A DNA stretch of 63,742 bases, counting the filler, from Collodictyon triciliatum (Eukaryota): the NCBI GenBank assembly GCA_043381765.1. It is 6 parts of 6 records of this genome, joined end to end, with 100 filler letters (N's around TTAATTAATTAA, not from the genome) between each part and the next. Parts side by side here need not be neighbours in the genome. Positions count along the whole stretch, not along the records: positions 20,718 to 27,773 come from JBHJMP010002748.1; positions 27,874 to 38,113 come from JBHJMP010002749.1; positions 38,214 to 53,409 come from JBHJMP010002750.1; 3 more parts are not named here. One strand, 5' to 3'. How positions within the stretch are numbered: the stretch's first letter is position 1; each line of letters starts with the position of its first letter. A program made the position numbers and the translations under genes. The notes beneath the pieces are model-generated. The model searched no databases, had not been told where the DNA came from, and saw nothing but the letters and a program-made list of their open reading frames with translations. Positions 27,511 to 41,888 of this stretch are shown here, piece by piece.

Positions 27511-27939
27511 CCAGAAATCGCGTTGGAGCTGATTCACCTCGGGTAGAATAGTCTGTGTGTGAGAACACTTTCCCTCCTTTCTATATTGTATTTTTTTCTT
27601 TTCCTTTTCTTTTTCTCTTCACCCAAAACACAAAAACTCCAACCACACAATCCGGGGTTTTCCACTGTCTCGTCCACAGCTCATTTCTTGTCCTAGAGGC
27701 GAAGGCGGTTTCCTCGGCTTTGTTTTCTCTCAATAAACTGTTGACAAGAAATGAAAATCAGCAGAAGCATATCNNNNNNNNNNNNNNNNNNNNNNNNNNN
27801 NNNNNNNNNNNNNNNNNTTAATTAATTAANNNNNNNNNNNNNNNNNNNNNNNNNNNNNNNNNNNNNNNNNNNNGTTTTGTTTTGTTTTGTTTTGTTTTGT
27901 TTTGTTTTGTTTTGTTTTGTTTTGTTTTGTTTTGTTTTG

Positions 27940-27973
<34 letters not shown>

Positions 27974-27983
27974 AAAAATAAAG

Positions 27984-30900
27984 CACGTATCGCACCCAAA
28001 CAAAAAGTCCATTTTCAGTCACTGGGATAATTAACCCGCTATCGAAATACGCACAAAAGGCCTCGAAAATATTGATTGTAAGAATACGTATCAAAATATA
28101 CATTCCCGATAGTACAATTCGAAAGATATTCTAAAAAAATTCAATAATTATATCAAATATTAACATGTACAAGAATTGTGTGCTTATTTAACCTTTTTTT
28201 AAAAACCAATATTAATCAAAAGCTGCTTCGTGATTATTTCGGCACAAACATCCAAGTTTATTTGAATCCATCTCTCGAATACTCTGAAATGCCATTGAAA
28301 TCCTTCTACCGGTCCGTAATCCCATATGAGCCAAAGTTTGATTTGGAGGGGAGGTAATTGGAAACCTTACAACTAGTATTTTTATTCCTTCATTCGATTC
28401 AAAGTAACCTTACAACTAGTATAATCAGTTCATCTTGTTTTTTTTTTTAAAAAAAAAAAAAAGAATAAACCGTTTTTCTTCGTACTATATAAAAAAAAAT
28501 TAAAGATTTTTTAAATGTTTACAAACTAACTTGAAATTTAAAATTATAGATTGGATACGCACTTCTTTGCAACTTTTGAAGGACTTCCAAAGCACGAAAC
28601 CCTCACTCTTAATATAGATGTAATGGAGTCGTGGATGGTTGGAATTCTAGAAACAAAATTCGATCTTGATAACATCGTTATTGATGATTTAGTTAGCAGA
28701 GATGGAACCCTTACGGCTGTTCTAGAGTTGGAAAACATTCTGATAACAGGTTAACAATACATTTGACTACCTTTAATAACACGAGAGAGAGAAATGCGAA
28801 TGGTAGCATTGTGTTGCGTAATGGTCTTAGTTCCTGTTTAGGTTTCCCTTGTAAAACAGTCCCATATCTCACAGTTCAATTCTTCTATTAGGTAGGTGCC
28901 ATGATCAATCCCAAAAACCGCCAAGGGGATTGCAAATGATACTCGAATCAAAATCCTGTGCTCGTCTTGCAGATACAACCGTAATGGCTAACTTGGGATA
29001 CTTTCAGCTACAATCCAACCCTGGTGTATATTCACTAAAACTGCCTGCTGGTCAGAACGACTTTATAAAAAACATGAAACATGCTCTTAAACATAAAACT
29101 TTATATGATAATGTACATGGAGTCACTGAAATAAATCTTATTTCTTTTTCTAAAGTAATAATAAAAAAAAACCCATAATCTTCAGGGCCAGTGTCCGGCA
29201 TGTATGACCTCACAGTTTTAGGCGATAGTTTCATATATTCTACTAATTCTCAGATGGGTAAAAAAAATTACATCATGCTTAACAACTTCAACGGACTATA
29301 CCTTAAGCTCAAGGTAATAGCAAAGGAAAATATTATCGGTTTATTAGTGTCATACATTTCAAGCCAACCATTAGCTCTTTCGTACAAACCTGCTCGCATT
29401 CACATATAGGCCGAGAAGACAAATCTCCTGACAACTGAGCCTGTTTTTGACAGCATCATTAACACTTCGCTCGAGTCCGAAGGAGTTTGGAACTCTTTTC
29501 AAAAGTAAGTCGATAATTTATTCAGCAATTACTTTAATGTCGGTATTTTTTTTTTATTAATTTACTTTTCGAAATTAGACATAAATAAATACGAGCATCT
29601 TTTATAACATATTATAATATTTTAGGGCTTTCTTCGAACCACCTCCCACAAATACTACAGAAACCATAAACATATTTTCAGTCGCCTCTGGCCATTTATA
29701 CGAACGATTTTTGAGGATTATGATGTTCAGCGTTGTCAAGAACACAAAGAATCCTGTCAAATTTTGGATTTTAAAAAATTACTTGTCTCCTCGATTCAAG
29801 GTAAACTTAACAAATGTTGGAAACAGGCTATCCGAACTGTTTTTTTGCTTTTAGTGCTTTTGCTTTTCGTTGTTTAAGAAAATCAAAATTTGTGACTAAG
29901 AGTAACGTGATGTCAGTAAAACGAGAAAGTATCAAGCCGTATTAAACAACTTTCAATAATTTGAGTCCATCTAACAAAATTCTAGCACCTCCTCCCAGCC
30001 TTTTCCAAGAGATACAACTTTGCATATGAACTTGTGACTTACAAGTGGCCTCATTTTTTAAACAAACAAACAGAAAAACACAGGGTCATATGGGGGTATT
30101 GCATAGCTTAATTCTTGAGATCTTATAGTATGTGTTTCTGACATAACCACACACGACAATGTAACTTTTACGAATTCCTTTTATTAAATCAGTTTTTTGC
30201 TGCAGGTCAAAGGTTCTTTTTCTCGACGTCTTGTTTCCACTCAGTGTTCAGAAGATAATATTTGTAGACGCCGACCAGGTTGTTAGGTCCGACCTGGCTG
30301 AGCTTTACTTTATGGACATGCAGCAGAAACCTCTGGCGTATACCCCATTCTGCCAGAGTCGTCCAGAAATGAGTGGTTATCGATTCTGGAATGGCGGTTT
30401 TTGGGCCAAGCATTTAAAGGGGAAGCCCTATCACATAAGGTTTGATTCTTTTTTTTTTTTTCAAATATCGAACAATAAGGAAATACATATATGGTATAAT
30501 CTAATGTATTTTTTCACATCAGTATATAGGGGAGATACTGTTTTGAGGTTTCATTATTTTTCTGTTTAGTGCTTTGTATACTGTGGATCTTGTTCAGTTC
30601 AGAAAAATGGCGGCTGGAGACATATTTCGCGTGGCATACGAGAAGCTTAGTCACCAAAGTCACAGTCTAGCCAATTTAGATCAGGTTTCAGTATATCACA
30701 GAGTGTAGTCAGATTATTGTATCTATTATATCATTGCGTCTGAACACCCGTTTAGATATTTTGAAATAATCTTGCCACCAAAAATGAATAAACTGTCTTC
30801 TAGGATTTACCAAACTACATGCAACATCAAATCCCCATTTTTTCGCTTCCCCAAGAGTGGCTGTGGTGCGAGAGTTGGTGCAGCGATAAAGACAAAGAAA

Positions 30901-31128
30901 CTGCAAAAACTATAGATTTGGTTCCTTTTTAATCACTAGAATAAATCTATTAGTTAGAAACTAATTATTAAGTGTATCACTTTTCTCTCTTTACTAATTA
31001 AACTGATGAAATAGTGCAATAACCCGGCTACCAAAGAACCCAAGCTGAGCAGTGCCAGGAGGATTATCCCAGAGTGGTCAGAATATGATTCTATCATGAG
31101 CGAAATGGAAAGGCTATTGCTCACGTAA
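27984..31128 (+). CDS. UGGT: UDP-glucose:glycoprotein glucosyltransferase, C-terminal part
   Basis: [68 protein letters not shown] and [15 protein letters not shown]. Confidence 0.95.
28363..28422 (-). mobile_element. Micro-insertion copy C with perfect 17-bp TSD
   Basis: AACCTTACAACTAGTAT + TTTTATTCCTTCATTCGATTCAAAGT (26 bp) + AACCTTACAACTAGTAT, in a UGGT intron. Confidence 0.88.
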
Positions 31129-31715
31129 TAAACTTATCGGGGCATGTATTATTTGACATTCGACTAATTGACACTTGAATAACCAGTGGCCAGTCTAATT
31201 AATATTGAAAACTGATCACCAATTTTTGAAACCGTGTACATACGTCTTTGTTAAAGTACAAACATTCGACATTATGTTCCTTTAATAAAAGGCTCCAAAG
31301 AAATATAATGAAATTTTCTTTTCTTCTTTTTGTTTTTACATTTTAATTTTTAATAATTTTTTTTATATAAAAAATAAAGAACTTGCACTTAAATTACGGT
31401 AAGAGACCACCGAAATATCAATGTGGTAGCACCAACATCATCAAATGGATATTTATGTTGTATGGAACGTTGTTAGAATTGGTTTGACGACCGAGTTATG
31501 TTTTTGGAATGTCAGAAGCAAATAAGCCAAACTAGTTTAAAAAAAAGTAAAAAAGAAAAGTCTTAGTCCTTGGTGAAGCACAACTCAACGAACCTTTCCA
31601 TTGTTGATTCGGCTGATTTTTATGTCTCGTTGGTAAGCTTATTTGTCCATCTTTTTAAAGTATACTTAAAGGATTAAAAAAAAATTTTTTTTGAATTCTA
31701 AGGAAAGATAAAAGG

Positions 31716-33624
31716 ATGGAGGATAATAACGCCAGGAAGGATGCGAGTACAATCAAAGACGACGGGAAGATTTGCGACAACAAAGAGCATGTGATTTATT
31801 TGGCTGAATTCCCCCAAAACGAAATTCTTATCTGCGAAAGCCCACAAATACCACCAAATATTGGTTTGCATTTACCCTTTTGCTTATTTTAAATTAAGAA
31901 TGTTATTTGTAAATTAGTTGCTACTGTATTTTTTATATAAGAAACACTAATAATCCAAATGATATTAAAAAAAACATTTCTAAATTACTCCGACGTTAAA
32001 AAAATAATGAAATAGATGATGAGTCCCTAAAAAAATCGAGTTGGGCCACTGTCCAACCTTTGAATATAGAAGAGCTTCGCGAAATAATCGCTCGTCCGTC
32101 TGCCCGGTCCCTTTACCATGTGAATATACCTTTGCATTCCGATGCACATGAAGACAATGGCCACCGACCATTCTCAATTTTTGTCCTCTTTGTTGTTGCT
32201 CATGTATTTATTTTGCTTTCTGGTCTTGTGTCGTGGGCAACAACCCGCTTGTGGACTTCATCGTCAGAATGTGAATTGACAGAGACAGACTTTTGGTTGT
32301 GCCAGGATAAACAACCTGAACGCATGTTTGTCTTGTGGACGACGCTACTATTAGCATGGTCTGTTAGTCTCAGATGCTGCTTGGCAAAATTGATGCCACC
32401 AGACACCCTGGAGCTGCTGAACATAATCATCTACCCGTCGGCTGGCGCACTCATTTTTATGTGCCAACTGCTAATCCATATTGTCAGTCCAATAGTGCCT
32501 TGGGCAATACAAATATTCGTATTTGGCCAACTCTTGGGCGATAGTCTTTTTCCGACTAAAAACAGTGATGTTTATCTGTTCAAGCAGGATATGGTAAGAG
32601 CTCTAAAATCAATTATCAGATTCACTTTGATTCGTATCAATGATAATAATTAAAAAAATCCGTAACGAAACAGATTCGACGGCTCGATGCATCAGACGTT
32701 CAGAGCAGCCGACAGTCATTGATACCATACATCGCGTTTGTTGGGGCGGCCCTGCTTATAATTGGATCGGTCATTTCTTACTCGGTGGTTCAGTTTATAG
32801 GCTCGTATGGCCTCGGAATCTCTAGTGGGATATTATATCAATCATACGCATCTCTAATTACCCATCACATGGTAGTAGTCAATGATGTATCCTCTGTCAG
32901 TGCCCCACCTCTGGATTCGATCGACAGATTACCAAATCTAGGTTCATGCCTTGGTGTTAAAATCATCCTTAGACTGATTACTCGGCTATCACTGGAAATG
33001 TGCCCAGTATTTGTAGGGATGTCATCATTTTTGGGAGATGACTATGTTTGCATTGTTTTTTCATTTTTCGCTGGCTTTACATCTGGAGTTTATGTGACTT
33101 TGGGGTTTAATTGGAATGATGGTACAAATAGGCCAGATGGCTCGACAGTCACCCCTCTACCGTTCAAGAAAGCCATGTTTGTGATTATGCTGGCCCTGTC
33201 TATTCTTGCACCGACTATAGCACACATCTTGACACTACCCTCCCACCAAGTGTTATTTGTTGCTATTGTGGTTCCCGTAGCTTCCTTGTCCATGGAAATT
33301 GACGAAAAGACTGACCTGCTCCAAGACAAGAGTGTTAGCGCCCGAGAATGGAAGAATTTATTTACCGTGTCGAATGTACACATCATCGGTTGGTTGTTCG
33401 GGCTGTTTCTATCGCGCTCAAGTGTTTCTTTTGTCGTTGCTTCTGATGCACAAGAACTTCTACTTTGTGATTCGATTGCTGCATTTCTGGGTGCCACTTT
33501 CTGTGGCGTCATACTCCGACGCGCAATCACAGGTCAGCCAACAAGATACCTAACCAGAGCAGCAGTATTTGCTTTTGTATGGGCACTTCTCATTAATCCG
33601 ATGATTTATACTTCACTTCATTAA
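31716..33624 (+). CDS. Uncharacterised polytopic membrane protein
   Basis: Two long hydrophobic exons (about 32060-32593 and 32694-33624) with many TM-like segments; no family motif recognised. Confidence 0.65.
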
Positions 33625-34049
33625 AGTGTGCATAAAGATATCATCACACACCACATATCAAATCAGAAGATAACCCATCAACTCCTTATTAATTTGTATT
33701 TGGAAATGAAAGGCTAAAAAAAAACGTCAGGAAAATATCATGTTTAGGTAGGGATATATGGGACTACACAAATGAAAATGAAACCGAGCTTCCATTTCGT
33801 ATTAATTAGAGTAGATAATTTTTATTGCATACAGGATACCATACTGTCCATTAAAAAGAGGCTGTGTAACAAAAGAGAATTTATAGATTTTCTTTTCTTT
33901 TCCCGTCTCTCTCTCTTTTTTTTTTTTTTTTGATAACTTTTTTTGATCGAGTGATGTGTAATCGGTGAACGAGATATGAAACAACCCCCTACAATGGAGT
34001 AGCCTATTTACATGGGGAAGAAAAGGGCGTCTGCCTCTTAGATACCATT

Positions 34050-34078
34050 GGGGTTTTTTTTTCTTATTCGATTCAAAG
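34050..34078 (-). mobile_element. Micro-insertion copy D (TSD unclear)
   Basis: T-tract followed by CTTATTCGATTCAAAG, an exact family core; flanks only weakly similar. Confidence 0.55.
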
Positions 34079-34099
34079 TTCTTCGGGAGCTATTCTGAT

Positions 34100-37000
34100 C
34101 TATTCATATATCCGAGTTTCAAGGTTAGAGGCGCTGGCTTTGCTGCTGCTCTCTGTTGTATCAACTACTATGCAATCTTCCTCGCTCTTCGTGATATTTT
34201 CGTCAGGACAGTTTGAAAGAGTGATATTTTCCCATTCATGGTCATCACTCAGAGAATCTGGAAACAAGTCATGTGCTGTCAGATTGGCTCTCAAATGCTT
34301 GTCGGAGGCGGGTAGGCAGTTTGGCATCCTGGTCGATGATGCCTTGATATGTTGTGAAGGTGAGTCCATATCGAAAAATGCGTCCCCTAAATCCTGTAAT
34401 ACTGGGAGACTGTCAAAGTGTGTCGGAAGTCCGTGCTGAGTGCTTTGTGTTGTTTGAATCTGTTTGTTTTGAAGGAGAGAATGCGAGTGGTTTGCATTAC
34501 GGCTTCGGATGGCATTCATTCTTGGTTGGTGTCTAGAGTTTGTGATGTCGAGTGACCAGTCCCCGATAACACTGGGCGGGACGTAAAGCTGGTGTCCGGT
34601 GCTTTTGAGCGAGGATGTATGCGATTGACTGGTCTCGTTTGTTGAATTGTGACCAGGCTCACACCACGTTTCGCTCAGATCTGATACGGTGGATACTTCG
34701 GTAGCTTTGGAATTGGTGTCTAGCTTCGGATTTTCTCGCTCGAGATATAGTTCTTTACTTCTCTTTTCTTGAGCTAGAAGCTCCTGGTGTTTCTGCTGCC
34801 TATATAACTCGCGTAGATTCTCAATATTGGACACTCTGAGCATTCCAATCCACAATCTATCCCAAGCCGCCTTGCAAGAGTAAAATAGTATCAAATTTTG
34901 TATATGCCAGCGAAGAATAGAAAAAAATAGTGCTACTCGATTTAAAAGCTGGAATAGATTCAAAATTTAAACGTATAGATAAGTTCTTGGATCGTAAACT
35001 CACTTTGAACAAATGGTCTGCGGAGAAAAAAGTCTTTGGAATCTCTTGCAAGATCCTCATAACTTCACCCATAGATGAAGCCTGTTGAGCGTGTGAAATG
35101 CGAAATGTGCAATGCGAATTGCGAAATGCGAAATTTGTTTACAGGTTAATAATCAGTAATATTTTCGTAAAGGTATATCAAGCCAAAATTTATGACAAGT
35201 ATGGGATAAGCAGATATAAGTAAGTTACATCTAGTATCTTTGTTTCGAGGATTTTCATGACTGTTAAGCTAAATCGGAGTATTATTTTATTTCCCTCAAA
35301 GATGAACGCATCCCATATTCTCATCGTCGTCTAAAGCAGTTGGACATTTTATGTAATTATTATACAAGCTCTATAGTTCTAGGCAATCGGGCATCTGCTA
35401 ACTTCTTTTTAAAAGGAGATATTTATTACCTCGAATGGAAACACATTCACAAAGAGGCACAGAAACCATCTAGCGCAAAGCGGCTCTAATGTAGCATTCA
35501 AGGCCTGGAGATGGTTATAGACCTATGGATAATGCAACAGTCATGATTCAAGCATTTTTTATTACCTTCCTATTGATTGTGTGGCATGCAATTCAAATAT
35601 AAAAATTCAGTTAAAGGGCTTAAAATATTACATACTTTTGGTAGCTTGTCTTTCAGAATGTCATTTAATACTTTATATTCTGTATACATTCCAATTAGAT
35701 TATCAGTGTAGAAGTCAGGGGCGATAATATTATCTACAAGATTCAGAAGCATCCAAAAGCTTTCTTCCTCAGACATGAATAATAAGAGTGTTCTGCAAAA
35801 ATACAAGGTATGAGAACTGATGTAGTTGGTTGTTTTTGGAGTAGAATAAAAGCAGATAGAAAAAATAAGTCATGAAATTAATCATCGAATCCATATTCTA
35901 GTGACTAAAGAACCGTTTAACGTACGCGGCGATGAAGTTCATCGATTGGCAGTAACCGATTTCTGGACGGACGCATGCAAAGGACGTTAAAACTCGACGT
36001 AGAGAGCTTACCAGCTCCGATGAGTTCAGCAGATGGTGTCCTGGAAACGTTCTGAGTAAATCATTTTCAATCTGATCTTCATAAATTGAGCTCATTCCAA
36101 GTTGAACCTGCAGCCAAGCATGGAACAAGAAATTCTTCTTTTGAATAATGTTCTCTTATTTTGGAATTAAATAAGAATTGAAATGAAAAAAATTCGTTTG
36201 GAAATCGCTAGAAGACAGAAATGGCTGCTTTATTTGAGGCTTTTCTCTTGGTATGGCACATAGTATGCCAAGTTAGCACCAAATGGAGAGAGAGGAAGCA
36301 ATTCTTTAGATACATACGCTGATTTCGTGGTAACTCAAAGTAAATCGTGACCGATATTCCCTCACCCCTGAAAGGACCTGCCACAACTACATGTCGGAGG
36401 TTAAATCAGTAAATGTATGTTATTAAATTATTTTTTTACGTATTGTAGGAGAGAAAATGCCAGTGCCATACAACCTATATAGAAATGAATTATTGGTCAA
36501 GAAGTACTTGTCCTCTGAGTTCTGGAGGTATCCCTTGGCGAACCATGTATTTGAGTGCTGAGTCCTTCTTGATATTGGAGGTCTTGAACTCAACCTGCTG
36601 CAAATACTTGTGCCACACGACTCGCTGTTTCTGAATCTTGCTTTGGGATATTTCCTTCATCTCACGATAAATTTCTGGAGAGATTGACTCCACTGAGAAT
36701 CCGTAAGAGTCACGTAGTGTTTCATGCGGGTTGGCACTGATATTCATGAATCAAAGATTATCACACCGTAATATTATGTGGAATTTAATTATCAAATTCA
36801 GTCGTGATAAAAAGAGTCTTTTTTTAAATATCAATTCGAAGGTTATGAATTTCATATCAGTCACATATTGAATAGTAGACTCCAAAAAGGTGTACTTGGA
36901 TTCTAGCTTTCCATCAGCTGCCGATGGTTGACTGAAAATGTCAGCGAGTAATTCGTACCGAGCTTTTTCCTTATAATAAATCGTAAAGGTATGAATACGT

Positions 37001-37969
37001 CCAGTGCGTACTCATGTCTATCTATGAAGGTATGCCATATTACAACTGATTAGATTATAATGAGGCTCTACCTTGAGAACGATAAAATCATCCAAATTCT
37101 TGAGACCACTTTCATATTTGGGTATATTGCTCACCTTCAAAGAAATATGAATGGCATGGCTTTATTCAAAAAATGATTAAAGAAAGTGACACGGTATAGA
37201 AATTCGAAAGCATGTCAAAAACAGTACATAATCAAAATTCGATTTACATACAATGTCCAACTCCACATCGTCTGTCACCGCTTTGGCCTCCTCAGCTCCC
37301 GTGAATATGGACAGAACTTTGATTGCAGAGGCCTTGAATCCCGCAGACTATATTATGGGGATTGTGCATCCCGATGCATATGTATGAAGTAAAGAAAATG
37401 AATCATGCGTAGCTGTTTTTTTAAATACATATTCAACGGAGTACGAACCATACAAACATATCAGCACTATTATGAAACATACAACTGGGATGCAAAATAA
37501 TGCAAAGAGAAACCGATTCTTGTGTCCCAGATGCAGCCGTGTTTTGCCTTTGAGTGTAGTTTGAGAAGCCAAGAATACCCTGAATATCAAATGCAACAGA
37601 GAGTTTGGCAAAGGAGCCTGCAAATGAAGACGCTCTCCCACGCGTTTGTTCTTCATTTCCTATACAGACTGTGCCGTCTGGTTTTGCATTTGTATTCGGG
37701 ATGGGACTCTTTGTGGGCGAAGTCTGCAGGGATGAAGAAGGTCTTTGTGTGGATTTGCGACTGAAATGCAGAACTGCAGGAAAGTCTGAGGTTGAGTCTT
37801 GTGTGATGATGTAGTTTCTGTCGCTGAGTGGCGCTCTGCGTCCGGGTGTGGGTGTTAACGGCCGGAGAGTCGACGGTCCGTTCGGGGATTCCTGGGTTGT
37901 GCCTCGTGGGTCTTTTGCACGGCCCTGCAGGAGCTTCAGAAGGGGATTTTCCGACGGCACTGAAGACAT
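34100..37969 (-). CDS. TBC-domain Rab GTPase-activating protein
   Basis: DSYGF, MVRQGIPPELRGQ, QIENDLLRTFPGH, IGYCQSMNFIAA and EEESFWML motifs. Confidence 0.9.
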
Positions 37970-38347
37970 CTGCTTTATCTGACCCTTGTTATTTTATTGT
38001 TATTGGTTGTGTTTTTATATTCTTGTTTTTTTATATTCTTGTTTTTTTATATTCTTGTTTTTTTATATTCTTGTTTTTTTATATTCTTGTTTTTTTATAT
38101 TCTTGTTTTTTTANNNNNNNNNNNNNNNNNNNNNNNNNNNNNNNNNNNNNNNNNNNNTTAATTAATTAANNNNNNNNNNNNNNNNNNNNNNNNNNNNNNN
38201 NNNNNNNNNNNNNATAAAAACAAAAATAAAAACAAAAATAAAAACAAAAATAAAAACAAAAATAAAAACAAAAATAAAAACAAAAATAAAAACAAAAATA
38301 AAAACAAAACAAAGAAACAAATTAAGGCAGTTGAGCAGGCATTCATA

Positions 38348-41300
38348 CATGCCCAGTATCATTCCACTTTCGAGCAATTTTCGGAGGGCTAATCTGGACG
38401 GACTGGGCCCATCCTCCCCAATATCATTCCCCAGTATCTAATTCACAAGAATGTATTAGTGAGGTGATGACGGCGGTAATTAAAGTATTGCCAGTGGCGT
38501 CAAGGAATCACAAAGCAGTATGTGACCATTTATAATGTGCTAAATAATGTATTTTGAGTGATATCGGTCGATGGAATGATATGTTACATTCATTAGTGCC
38601 CCCAGAGCGCAAGATTGAGAAGCCACGTCTGAAGAAAATAGCAGATCTTGATACAAAAATAAAATCATCACAAATTAAAGTACAGAAAACATGTGGTAGA
38701 GTACGAACGCTGGGACACACAAAATAAATTTGGACATAATATTGATTTCAATACTAATAAATGTAAATACTAGTTAGCGGCCCAACGGCGCCAGATTCTC
38801 GCATTATTTTTTGACATTCGGTATCCTGTTTGAGAGAAATATATACATGGAAAAATAGCATTATAGCTTGTCACCCAAACCAGTAGAACATCATTCAATT
38901 TCCAAAAGAAAAAAAAACAATTAATTACCCTTGATATATTTTGAATGGCACCAGCAGCCGAACTTGCGGTTGAAAAGTTGGTTGAACTATTGCACACGAT
39001 AACCGATCAATAATATATCATATCAAACCTTACATTTTTATTATTATTGAAATTCATGTTTATTATTATTACTTTTATCATCATCATCTATAACCGTTAT
39101 TAATTTCATGATTACATAACATATATGCATACCAACCTTAAAAGACCGATGAGTGGCGGAATTCCTCGCGACCTCCTTATGATATTTATGCACTGTGCAT
39201 CTGTTGTTATATTGTGTATGGCACCGACGACGCGGGCCTTGAAGGTAGTGATATGTCATTTTAATAAACATATATGAAAAATATATTGCAACGTAGATGA
39301 GAATCATATAACACACTTGGACTTTAGGATTTGGGCTTGATAGAAGGGTGACTAAGTCGGGGATGGCTAATGGTATATATAATTCCAAATCATTCAACGT
39401 TTCTATTTTTGTGTATTTAATTGTAATTCCAAAAAAATAAAAAATAAATGGTACGTCGCTTATGGAGGTTTCAAATCAACAGTTTAAGATATGAAACTAT
39501 GAGAGGAAACAAGAGACCTCCCAAATCTCGAAAACTTTTCCGACCAGGTTCTTGATAGCACTAGTTACACATATTTTTTTTTTATCTTATTGTAATTTTA
39601 AAAGAGATCATCCAAAGGTATAATGATTATTGTAACTATTATTCTGCCTATTCGGGCAAATATTTCATTCAATAAAGAAACCCGCTACTGTATCAGTAAT
39701 CTTCAGGGCCACTAAGTAATATACGTAAGAAAACTATTGTCAAGGTATTTTAAAAATACCACAGATTGAATGGCACCCGCAGAGACAGCTTGTAAATCAG
39801 TGCCACCAGATAGTAGGAATCCAACCAGCTATTAAAATAATCATATGGGCATACTGGTTGTCATATATTGTAAATAAAATGGTGGTCATGAAAGAGAGAT
39901 GTATGTGTAAAAGAAAATGATTGTTATATGTTTTAATATTAGCAATTGACAAACGACAGAGAGAGCTTGAGTCTTGAGCAGCATCTCAACATTTGCTCTC
40001 TCGTAGCATATATTCAGTAGAACTGTGGGATGTCATATAAATTATATATCCATGAAACGATCATTTTATTGTGATAATCATTGCAATTGTAATAGCATAC
40101 TTTTTTTTGTACAAATATTAAATAATTGATTTGCGGTGTTTGATTATAATTTGAGATTTTTTACTTACCACTCGAACATTCACATGAAATAGCTTCATTA
40201 GTAGATGAAGATGCTATGGAAACCAGAGCTTGGATGGACTCCTCTGTGAATTGTAACCTGTTGTCTCTCTAAATAAATTATTCAAATGCAATTTAGTTAA
40301 ATTTAAAAACGAGGTATATTTATATGAATTATGTTGAAAACTTCATTTTCATATGCGACCTTCCTCGACAATATTTTCAAGGAGATTAGAACTTGGAGTA
40401 GAAGGGTTAGATTATCTGTAATTCCAAAAGAAAACAAAATATGTTTCAGATTTAGAGATGAATTTACTTATGATTCTAGATATCTACTCTTTTTTTTTAA
40501 ATGAAGAAAAATAATGAATTATTTTCGTTGAAAAGATTAGCATCAATGAATATTTTTCTTTTACATATGAGCACAATTGCTCTCAAATCGAATAAATAAA
40601 TAAATAAAAAACGTTTGAATATGAATGCTCACCCAAAAGTTGCTTTTGACAAATTAACTGAAGTAGTGGCGCCATAGGATCAGAATCACCCTTCATGTAA
40701 TTAGGGCTGACCTTTGGGTCCTCGTTCGATGTGTTGAAATCATGCAAGTATACAAGCAAAATTCTACCGTCATCTGTTGGTTTGGTAGGCAGTCATGATG
40801 AATAGAATAAGTGAACAAATAAAAAAGTATGGTGTATGAAGGTTAATAAAGAAAGTAAAAGAAAGTAAAAGAAAGTAAAAGAAAGTAAAAGAAAGTAAAA
40901 GAAAGTAAAAGAAAGTAAAAGAAAGTAAAAGACAAGGAAAAGAAAAGGAAAAGGAAAAGAAAAGGAAAAGAAAAGGAAAAGAAAAGGAAAAGGAAAAGGA
41001 AAGGAAAAGGAAAAAAGAAAAAAGAAAATTATTTGAGATTTCTTCCCGCTGTTACAGTAAATAATAATAATGAATTACTGAATAATAACTAAGTGGTTCA
41101 ATATAGACTAAATTAAACTTCAATCATAAGGATAGCGTAAAAGTCTCAGGAAGTAGAACATCAGAATATCTCATGTTCTCTGAATTACGAAAAAAGCATT
41201 CAACCAAACCTTTCATATCATTAATTGCTGAATTCATGCCATCGATCGTGGACTTTGTGTCAACTTTTGTTGTGTTAGAATGTTAGCTTCAATCGATGAC

Positions 41301-41888
41301 TATTTTTTAATATAAAAAACCAAAATTTATATTTATCACACAATGTCGCGTGAAAAAGGATTTATTGATCTAATTTAGAGAAACAATTATGAGCAAGGGA
41401 ATGAGACTGCAGCATTTCACCACCACCGCCACCATCATCATCATCATCATCATCACCACTCTTTCTTCTTTTTTTTTCTTTGAGTATTGTATTTTTATAG
41501 ATATCTGAACATCAACACAGCGAATGTATTTTTTTTTTAAAAAAAATGTAATAGAATCCCAAGATAATACTTTCAAAGGATTTTTAATGACCATGGAAGT
41601 CACCTATGGGTATAAATGGAGAACCATATGGAAGCAAAATAAAATAAAATAAAACAAAAATAGGTATTTTAATAAAAAAAAATAATAATGCTAACCTGCA
41701 TTTCCTCTATCTGTGCTCGAGATACTGGGTAACGGTGTCCAGTTTGGCCCTTTCCACGAAGCTGAGTTTGGCCTTGAAACGCCAGCGAAGCCCGACAGAG
41801 AAGAAGCTGCTCGACTCGCTGGGTGAGAGGGGAAAAGCGGCTCTCCTGTTCCAAGTCCGCTAGAAGAAGGACGCGGCGGTTGTGACAT
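38348..41888 (-). CDS. Armadillo-repeat protein (3' truncated at spacer)
   Basis: Exons encode LVGFLLSGGTDLQAVSAGAIQS, IPDLVTLLSSPNPKVQ, AAGAIHNI...GIPPLIGLL and AAGAIQNISR. Confidence 0.7.
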
